Source: Rhizaria sp. SCN 62-66 (Eukaryota). From it: a DNA stretch of 32,091 nucleotides. Made by a program: the position numbers and the translations under genes. The notes under the pieces are model-generated. The model ran no database searches. It was not told the DNA's origin and worked only from the letters and a program-made list of their open reading frames with translations. Location: NCBI GenBank assembly GCA_001724265.1, contig MEDY01000346.1, positions 1-32,091 of the forward strand, written 5' to 3'. Position 1 is the stretch's first letter. Every line of letters begins with the position of its first letter. Below are positions 1 through 10,200 of this stretch, piece by piece.

Positions 1-294
1 GAGAAGAGAGAAATGGGCGGCTTTTGAAAAAGGTGCATGAGGCTATTGAAATCGATGGGTTGGTGAGGGGTTTTTGTGTTGTAAAACGGTGTCTTGAAAG
101 CCGCATTTTCTATTACTGACTCTAGATCAAGTCGTTTTGATGCTTGAATACATCAACACGTTTCGAGCTAAGTGTGAATATGGTTCCTCGTGTGAATCTA
201 AAAGTGCTGTATTCGCTCTTCTTACGACATCATACTTGATATTGTTTAAGAAACTAATATAAACATAATCGATATACAGTCAAGTTAAAATGGT

Positions 295-3200
295 TTAAAT
301 GTGCACTATCTCGCGCTTCGGCACACTCTTCTGCTGCTGACGCGGCTGGTGTTGCTGCGCCTGCGCCCCAGTGTTGTTGGTGCTGCTGCCGGCGCTGTAG
401 TACCGGTCGAGCCCGAAGAAACGGCCCAGGTTGAACCAACCCCAGAGTAGTCCGCGGCTGGCCTTTGCTCTGGCTGCGGCCACGTCCGCAAGCGCCGCCG
501 CGCCGCCAGACGCAGCAAGCGCAGGCGCGGATTCAGTCGCAGTGGCCGCGGCCGCGGTGGGCACAGTGACGTTGTCAACACCGGCAGCTGTGGGAGCTGA
601 CGCAATGCCGTCGAGAGACAGCGGCGCCGCCACCGCGTTACTGCCGCCGCTGCTGTTGCTGTTGTTGCTGGCGTTGGAGCTCGTGTGGCTGGCGGTGGGG
701 TGGGGCAGCGGGGCCACGAGGGGCGGCACGTGGAAGCCGGCGACCGCGGCCGACGTCGACACGGGGGGCGGCGGCGGCAGCGGGATCGGGTCGGACACGC
801 GCGGAGCAGCGGCCCCAGACGCGAAGTGACCGTGGGCGGCCGCACCGTCGTAGTGGTAGCCGTGCGCAGCGTAGTGACCGTGGGGGTCGTAGTGGTGACC
901 GTGGGCCTCAGCCATCGCCAGCGCCACGGCAACGCGCTCCTGTCGCTGAAGCGCGGCGGCCTCGACCTCCGCGGCCGCCGCCACGGCCTCAACCCTGCGG
1001 CGGCGCGCCTCGGCGACGCGCCACTCGCCCGCGAGCGCGTCCAGCGCCAGCGCGTTGCGGCGCAGCGCCGACACGGCGTCCACGGCCGCCAGGCGCAGCA
1101 GCGAGCGCTCCAGCGTCAGCGCGCCGGCCGTGTCCGCAGTGGACGCTGCCGCCGCGGTGGTCGCCGTCGGCGTCAGCGAGCGCGTGGGCGGGGAGATGGC
1201 GAGGGCGGCGGCCAGGTCGTCGGCCTCGAGCTGCCTGAGGTAGCCGCCGCTCGCGCTGCCGCTGCCGCCGCTGTGAACGCTGCTCGCGTTCGCCAAGCTG
1301 GGGTCAGTCAGCGCCGGGACACTGCTGCTGGCGTTGTTGGCGAGAGCACCCGCACGCGCCTTCTGCTGCTGCCGCTGCTGCTGCTGCTGAGACTGCGACG
1401 GGGATTGTTGGTCGGAATCGCCAGTAGAGCCGACAAGCGCAGCCAGCGACATGGACAGAGCGCCCGCCATTGCCTGCGCCAGAGTGAAGTCCTCCTCGTC
1501 CTCCTCTTCCGGCTCCTCCTGTCCGGCCAGGGACTTCGACTTAGCGTGTTTGGGGTCGGGGAAGAGCAGGGGCAGCCACGCAGGGGGCGCGAGCGCGGGG
1601 GCCAACGCCGCGGCGACCTCGGTCAGCAGCGACGGGGGCACGCACAACACGGCCAGCGCCGACGGCGACGCGTCGCTGTCGTCGGTCTCATCAGCCGCAC
1701 TCGCAGTGCACGCGTCAGAGTTGTTGGGGAGCGAGTCGGAGCGGGAGTCGTCGATGGTCCACCGCAGGAAGCGCGCCTGCGCGGTGGCCGCGGCCTCGGC
1801 CTCAGCGCCCGCCTCAGCGGCCTCCAGCTCGCCGCTCGGCTGCGGGCCGCGCGACTGCAGGCGGCGCGAGCTGCTCGTGGCGTCGATGTCGGCGACGACG
1901 TGGCGCATGCGGGACATAAACCCCGCCAGCTCGCCGACACTCCCCGCGGCCGCAGCGCTTGGGGTCGCCGCAGCGGCGGCGGTGGCGGCGGCGGCGGCGG
2001 AGCTGGCCTCGAGGCCAAGGGCGTGCGCGACGAGCGCGTGCACGCCGGACTCCGCGGCCGTGGCGAGCGTCGACTGTGTCACGGCAGCGTGCAGCGGCTG
2101 CGCCTCGACGCCAGCCGAGTGCCCGTGAGCGCGGCCGTGGCTGGTACGGCTCCCAGCAGCGGGGTACCAAGGGAGCAGCGTCTGCGCCAACGCACTGTTG
2201 TGCCTCGCCGCACTCCCGCCCGACTCTGCGGCAGCGGCGGAGGCGGCAGCGGCAGCGCGCTGCGCCTCAGTCATGATCGCGGTGACGACGTCGGCAGCGG
2301 CGGCGGCGATCTGCTTAGCCCGCTCCTCGCCCTGCGCCTCGCCAGCGGCACTCGCGCCGAAGACGGAGCTGTGGGACGCGAAAGAGCGCGGCGCAGCGGC
2401 AGAGGCGGCGGCGGAGGACGCGGCGGAGGCGGCGAGCGCGCGGCCTGCGGAGGCCAGGAGGGCGAGCGAGGCGGGCAGCCATGAAGACGGCGACGCTGCG
2501 AGTGCGGCCGCGGTCGACACGCCCGTCTCAGCGCCAGCGGCGCCAGCAGCGTTGTGAGACGCGACAGCGAGTTGAGATGCAGCGATCAAGCTGCTGCTGG
2601 ACAAGGGTGAGACGACGCCCTCAACGGCGTGAGAGCCAGTCGCCTCTGCATCAGCCGCCAAAGAAAGGGGCGCAGCGCCGGCAACGATACCAGACTGTGC
2701 AGAGCTCGCGTTACCGTCAACGCTCGCGCCCGCGTTGTGGCGGCGGGAGTTGAGAAGTGAAGCGACTGAAGCGGGGACGGCGGAAGAGATTGGATCGTTC
2801 TCATCGTATTCGTCGTCGTCGTAGCCGGCGCCGTAACCAACGCCAAAGCCAGAGCCGAAGCCAGTGTTAGCGCCGGAGACGGAGTCAAAGCCGTTGCTGT
2901 ACGACGCGCTGCTGCCGAAGACGCCGTCGCCAGCAAGGGCGTTGCTGTCGGCGTCGTTGTTGTCGTTGCTGGTATTCCCTGCAAGAGGAACAGCTTCAGC
3001 AGGAGCAGAAGCAGCAGCATCAACAGCAGAGCTGTCAAAAGCCACGGCATGATGCACTGCGTCAGGCTGCAGCTGCAACTGCAACTGCGACTCAGACTGT
3101 GGCTGTGGCTGGGACTCCAGGTGAGACTGGGCCTGCAGCGCGTGGGACTGAAGCAGCGCCGCAGTCGTCGCCTCGAGCCGGCAGTACAGCGCCCAGAGAC

Positions 3201-6200
3201 GCTGCACAGTCACGCCAACGCCAGCGCCCGCGTTCACCACAGAGGTCGTCGTCGTCGTCGTCGTTGTCATCGTCATCACGGTGCCCGCCGCCACGCCCGC
3301 GGGCGCAACGCCCGCCGCAGCGGCCGCGGCGGCCGAGTTGGAGGCGTGCGTGAGCGCGGCGGTGACCGTGGCCCACAGCGAGCGCGCGAGCACGCGCCGG
3401 TCCGCGGCCGCGGCGGCGAGCGCGCGGCGCAGGCGCGCGTTCTCGGCCTCAGTCGCCGCGTCGGACGCAGGCGCGGGCGCGGCGGCGGCGGCGGCGGCGG
3501 CGACGGAGGCGCGGGCGTGGTAGTGCGCGTGCGACATCGAGTAAGCCTGGGCCGGGGCCTGGGACTGTGTCTGCAACTGCGACTGGGAGAGCGTGTGGTT
3601 GTGGGCGGGCAGCGGCAGCACGGGGATGGAGAGCGCGCGCGAGTGGTCCAGCGGGCCGAATATCGAGTCGGCCAGAGCCTCCTCGCTGTCCTCGTCATCG
3701 TCGGCCTCCTCGGCGTCATCGTCGTCGTCGTCGCTCGCGTCGCGGTCGTCGTCGCGCGCGTCCTCGTCCTCGTCGTCGTGCTCGCTGGAGCCGGCAGGGT
3801 ACCCTGCAACGCCGCCGTCGTCGCCGGAGTGGTTGCGCGCGGCCGCAGCGTCGGCGGAGGTGTGGGGAATCGGGGAGCGCTTGCGCGCGAGGCGCGGGGT
3901 CAGGCCCGAGGCCGCCGACGACAGCGACGACGATGACGACTGCGCCATCTTGTTTCGCGCGTTGTTGTTTTGGCTGTTGGCGCGCGAGTGAGCGTCCGGG
4001 TTCTTGTCGTTGTTCGCGATCGAAAGGTCGACGTCAACCAGGTTGCCGTCTTCCTCTTCCTCATCGTTAGCGTCGCGCGCTCCACTACTATTCTCATTCG
4101 CAACAACATGTACACCACTTGCATGAGCAGTATCAGGCTTGATACCGTGTTGCTGATGCTCTTCGTAGTCGCGATCACTACTCTCCTTGCGGTAGTCGTT
4201 GCTGCCGTCCGTGGCGCCCGAGTCGCCGTCCTCGCCCTCCTCGGCAACAGAGCCGACAAGCGCGGACATAAAGCTCAGCCCCCTCGCAATGGCGCCGGAA
4301 TGCGCCCCGTGAACGTGGGCATGGGCGCCGGCAGAGAGGCTCTTGCGCGCCGCCAAAGCGTCCGCCGACGTCGCCGCAGCTGTGGCCGCCGTGGTCGCCG
4401 ACACCGACGCCGCCTCGGCCGCAGCGGCCGCAGACGCGGTGCCTGCCAGCGAAGAAGATGCGGCGGCGTTGGTGTGCGCCGCGGCGGTCACCAAAAGACC
4501 GGTGATCTGGCGCAACCGACCAGCGAACGCACGCAAGAAGCGTGCGTGCTTCTTGCTGTTGCTGACGCTAGCGCTCAGCCTGGCGCTCTTCTTGGGTTTC
4601 AAACTCATGCCAGCGTCGCTCTCATTGTTGCCATCAGTCTTGTTCTCCGTCTCAGCGTCAGCCTCAGCCTCAGCCTCGGCTTCAGCCTCAGCCTTCGCGT
4701 GGGCGCTCGCGGCCGCCGCCGCCTCCGTCGCGGCCGCGGCCGCCTCGACCATCACTGCGGCGACGTGCGCAACCGCGGCCGACACCTGCCCCAGCGCCCG
4801 CCGCCGGCGCTCATCCGTCTCCTCGGCCTCGCGCACCACGGCGGCCAGCGCGCGCACCTCGAGCCGCGCCGCCGCGCCCGCCTCGGCCTCCTGCTCGGCA
4901 CGCGTGCGCTCCCAGTCGCCGCGCTTGCGCGCCGCGGCCGTCTCCTCGCGCGCGGCGGCCGCGGCGGCCTCGGCGGCGCGCGCGCGGGCCAGCAACGCCG
5001 TCGAATCGCGCTGGTGCGCGGAGAGCGCCTTGGTAAAGTCCTCGGCCGCGTCGGCCGCCGCCGAGTCGAGCCGCACCGAGAGCGAGGAGACCTGCGCCGC
5101 CAGCTCGTCCGCGCGGTCCTCGGCCAGCAGCAGCGCCGTGCGCAGCGACGCGGCGACCGTGCGCTCGTGCGCGAGAGCGGCGGCGGCCTCGCTCTCGCTC
5201 ATGCCGCCGGCGTTCGCGTCAGCGCTCTCGGCAGGGTGGTTGAAGTGCCCTGATCCGTGCTGCGCAGTCGAAGGCGAGATCATGCTCTTCGCGCTCGCGC
5301 TCGAGGTCGAGCCCGCGTTCGTGGTGCTCGACGCAGAGGCCGTGTGTGTGAGCGAGAGCGCGAGGCGGCGCGAGGCGTGCGACTGCGTGCCGAGGGGCGC
5401 GAGGAATACCCCGTCGTCGTCGTCCTCCTCGTCGTCCTCGCCGATGCCGACATCCAGCCCGCCCGCGGCGGCACCCGCAGCGTCGCCCGTCCCCCCGCCC
5501 GCAGAGTCCGCGTGGGCTGCACCGCCGACGAGCGTGCCGCCGCGCGACAGCGGAAGATATTGGTCCGCGAACGAGGGCCGCGCGCTGCGGAACGCGAGTG
5601 CGGGCGAGCCCGACGCGGCCTCGGCGGCGACGGCCGCGGCGGCCGCGGCGGAGGCGGCGACGGCCGTGGTCGCGGACAGCGACGCCGCCTGCGCCTGTGC
5701 GAGCGCGGCCTTGAGTGTGGCGACCTCGCGCTCCAGCAGCGCAACCTGTGCGGCGGCGGCCGTCGTCGACGTCGCCGACGACGCGGCAGACGCGCTAGTT
5801 GCAGTCGCGGTGACGCTGCTGCTGCCGATGTTGCTACCGCGGTGGTGCGAGTAGCGCGATGGCTGCGCGGGGCCGTAGCGGTCGTGCGCGTCCTTCGCGG
5901 CAGCGCCAGCGCGGGCGTGGAGCCTGCCACTGACAGCGGCAGCACCAGCGTGGGTGCGACGGTATCCTGAGGAGGTGGTCTTCTCCTCGACGTCGCGAGC
6001 GTCAGCGTCGTCGCCGACGTCGTCCGCGTGCGAGTACGAGTCGTTCACATTGCCGTGCGCATAGTGGTGCGAATCGTTTTGTGAATCGTGCGAGTCCCCG
6101 GGGTCACCGTGCTGGTGCTGCGCGAGCGCCTGCATGAGGCGCTGCGCCTGGAACGACGCGAGCGGGCTCGGCGACAGCGGGCCCGCGGAAGCGGCCGCGG

Positions 6201-6514
6201 CGCCGGGGTCCGTGTGGAGCCCGCGGTATGCGCCGTTGTCGTTGCCGCCGTAAGTGTCGTGTTCGGCGTAGTAGTTGGAGTGTTCATGGGCGGAGGCGGG
6301 GGCGGGGAGAGACACGCCGTACTTGGCCTCACGGTAGCGGCGAAGCTAAACAAAAACAATTTCAATAGGCACAAAATCAAACACGTGGTGTGGTAAGAGA
6401 GAGAAATTTGATTGATGGTCACGTTACGAGCAGACAGAGCATCATATCGGTGAAGGGGCAACGAAGACGTACCTGCTCACGGCCCTGGGCGATGAGAGCC
6501 TGTCGATCGCTCAT
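295..6514 (-). CDS. Large low-complexity coiled-coil protein (~2030 aa), possible golgin/GM130-like; 2 exons (6473-6514, 295-6345)
   Basis: The 2006-aa ORF is extended by a phase-0 intron at 6346-6472 (CAG|GTACGT...tttgtttAG|CTT) to an ATG at 6514. This gives MSDRQALIAQGREQ|LRRYREAKYGVSLP. The protein has several Ala/Glu/Arg heptad-like helical segments and ends ...KREIVHI, TAA. The function is inferred from motif resemblance only. Confidence 0.85.
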
Positions 6515-7212
6515 AGCGACTGATAATGACACTGAAACGTGTCTTGGTCCCGTTCTAACAGTAAAACCAAGGTGCTCACCCTGTCTTAAATCGCTTACAG
6601 AAAGGACGAAGCTACATAGGAAGTACGAAGAGCAAGAGGTGGCGAAAGAGGGATGGCGTGAGCGGGCTCAAAGACAAGATAAGACAATTGTCTAAACAGA
6701 GGGATAACAGCGGAATCAAGACATCTAATAACAGGATTGTGATAAAGTTGTAGTATTAATACTTGCTGTAAATGGGTGTTCGAACTGGTCGAGTCCTAAA
6801 GGGAGTATTTTATGATAGATCTGACGCCCACATCGGCCACCTCAGCAAACGGAGATGCGACGGCGCACCGGTCAAATTGCTATCAGAAGTGACTGCGCAC
6901 TACGCATGAAAACTATACAAATATTAACAACTATTTTGAACAAAATACGCACATGGTTTTTCTTGGATCGAGTTATTATTGCAATGGAATACGACTAGAG
7001 TTTGTAATCATTCAAAGACTCGAATCCGCAACTGTTACACAGTCACTTAGTATTCAATAGAAGCTCGTTCAAGTTTATAAACATCGAATTCAAACAAACT
7101 ATGTATTAAATGGTGTGTGTCTTTAGGAAATTACTCGTATGAAATCTTAATTGTCGGCTTCATCTCACGTTCTGTTGCACTTGGGCTTAAGTGATAAATA
7201 GTTACAAAATCG

Positions 7213-10200
7213 TTACACAATCGCTCCAGCAGCCGAGGCCTGCCTGTTCAGGCCGCTCCCCGCGCCGGCCATCCCCAACGGCGGCCGGCCCGCGCCCGCC
7301 GTCCCGCCAGCAACTGCCACAGGCGTGGCCGCTGCCGAGGACTGCGGCGTGGTAGCCATGGCCCTGAGTTCCCTGCTCATCGTCAGGATCACTGAGCCGC
7401 GCCGTCCCCCGGCCCCTGTGACGACGGGCCCGCCCAGGCCGGAAGACCCGGCTCCGGCGCCGTGGTGGCCCGCGACCGCCACACCGCCAGTCGCGTTGCT
7501 GCCCGCGACCGCGGTGACGGCCGCGAAGCCCGCCGCGGCCGCAGCGGCCGTGGCCGCCGCCGCCGCAGCCGCGGCCGCGGCAGAAGCCGTGGCGGAGGAA
7601 GCAGTGGCGGTGGCACCGGCGGCAGCAGAGGCGTCATCGACACTACGCGACGCAAACTGGTGCGGCACCGCCGACGACGACGGCACGCGCTGCAACACAA
7701 GCGAGCCGCGCTTGCTGACGACCGCGCCCTCTCCCCCGGCCGCAGCAGCGGTGCCGAGCCCCGGCGTGCCCGCGGGCAGCAACAGGCCCGGCGTGCCGGG
7801 GGTGCGCGTCTGCCTGCGCGCGCGCATGGCGAGCGCCTTGGGGATGGGGAAGCCCCACTCGTCGACCTCGTAGGCTGCCGCGGCGGGGCCCGTCAGCAGC
7901 GGCGGCGCGGTTGGCTGCGCCGTGCCGCGGGACGTCGGCCGCGACAGCGACGCCGAGGAGGAGGACGCCGCGCTGCTGGGCGCCAGAGTGCTCCCGGGTG
8001 CGAAGCCAAAGCCCGCGGCGATGCTCGAGGTCCCGTTGGCGCCGGCGGCGTGGCTGTGGCTCTGGAGGAGGCCGAGACTGCCGCTGGCGCGCACGCTGCC
8101 GCGGCTATTGCCGCGGCTGTTGCCTCGGCTCGCCGGCGCGGCTGCAGTAGTGGCGGCGCTGCTCGCATGGCTGCTGCTGCTGTTGCCAGGGTGAGCACCG
8201 GCGTGGGCGCTCGCGTGCGGGTGTGATTGCGGTGTGGAAGAGCTCTGGGGCAAGTGCCACATTGCGTGTGCCCTCGCAAGTCCGCTAACGCCAGCCCCAG
8301 CGGCCGGAGCAGCTGGCGCCGATGGGTGCGCGGCGGCGTGGGTCTGGTTCTCGCGCGGAGACCGCGGACGGTAGAGCTCGTTCCCACCGCGACTGTCGTC
8401 GGGGCGCGAGCGCGAGCGTGACCGTGAGTCGGACCCTGAGCCTGAGTCGGAGCGCGACTGCGAGCGCGACCGCGAGTGCGAGCGCTCGTGGTCGGTGTCC
8501 TGGCTGCTCCGCCGCCTCGCGCTGCGGCCGTGGCCGTGCCGGCCCCTGCGGTGGCCGTGGGCGGCGTTCGCGGCGACCGTCGCGCGCGCCGCACGCTCCC
8601 CCGCCGCCGTCGCCGCCGCCGTCGCCGCGGCGGCAGCGGAGGTCAGCGCCGCGACCATGGCCCGCAGCTCCGTCACCTCGTGCTCAAGCTTGACGATCGA
8701 GCCGCGGCGCGCCGCCGTCACCGCCGTCACCGCGCCGCCGCCGCCGCTCGGTGCGGCGTCGCCCGCAGTGGGCGACTGCGCGAAGGGGCCGTGCGCAGCG
8801 TGGCCGTGCGCGCCGGCTGCGGGCGTGCAGGCGGAGCCCGCGGGGGAGAGCGCGCCGTTAGCGGGGCTCTGCACTCCGCCGATCACGGGATACAAGTGGC
8901 GCGGACTCATGCTGCCGGCGCGCGCGAGCGAGTGGCCGTGCGCAGCGCTGGTGGCAGAGTGACCGTGAGCGACTGCAGCAGAGGCGGCCCATGCGGGGGA
9001 CCAGGACTCGTCGACGCCGCCTGTGGCCGCGGCCAGCACAGCGGCCGCCATCGGGTCTGCCGCGGCAGCGTCGCCCTCAGCGCCAGCGCCGGTCTGGGCG
9101 TGCGTGAGCGCGTTGTACTGGCGCTGCGCCATCAGCATCTGCTGCTGCTTCGAGGCCAGCGAGAGCGAGTTCGACAGCGCCTGCGCCTGTGCGCGCATGA
9201 TGAGCCCGCTCGCGCCGCCCGCCCCGACGCCGGCACCGGCGCCCGCGCTCGTGCCGGGCCTCATCGCGCCTGATGCAGCTGCATCGCCGCCGAGCTCGTG
9301 CGCGCCGTCCGCGGCGCCGGGGCCGCCGGCGTCCGCGAGCCCCAGCCCGGCGACGGGCAGCGGGCCCGCGGTCGCGGCCTCGGCCGTGGCCGCCGAGTGC
9401 AGCGGCAGCAGCAGCGCGAAGTCGCCCGTCGCGGCCAGACTGCCCAGCACGCTCGCGCCCGCTGTGTCACCCGTGACGGCGACTGCGGCGGCATTGAGCG
9501 CGAGCGCGGAGGAGGCCGCATCGACCGCGGGGCCGCGGGATGACAGCAGCTGCCCGTTGAGCTGTTGCTGCTGGAGCGGCTGGTGGGATTGATGCGGCAG
9601 CTGCAGTTGCTGCTGGGAAAGAGCGGGAAGCATCGCGGGTGGGACGGTACCGCCGTTGTGGCCGTGGCTGGCGGCGTTCATCGCGGCCGCCGTTGCAGCG
9701 GCGGAAGCAAGCGACGCGAAGTTGCTACTGCTGCTCGCCGCGGCCGCGAACGCCGCCAAGCCAGCCGCGCCGGGAATTCCTCCGTGTGCGCCGTGTGCGC
9801 CGTGTGTGCCATGCGCAGCACCAGCGCCAGCGCCAATGGCCGAGCCGGCGGAGGTAAGCGTGGAGCGCCGGCCGACGCCCGCGGCGACGCCCGGGACCGG
9901 CACGGCGGACGTGGAGGCAGAGGCGGCCGCGACGCCCGCGCGGAAGGCGGCCTCGGCCAGCGCGGCCAGCTGCGGCTGCAGCAGCGTCGCCGCCGCGGAC
10001 GCTACCGCCACAACGGCCGCCGGCGGGGGCAGCGCGCCCACATCCACGTCAGTGTTCATGTTGTTAGCGTTCACGCTGTTGTTGTTACCGTCGGTGATCA
10101 TGACATCGACGCCCCAGCGCTCCTCGGCGGCGCGCCGCAGCCGCTCGCGGTCGCCCACGGCGGCGGCGTCGCCCCACACGCGCTCCACGGCGGCCGCCAG

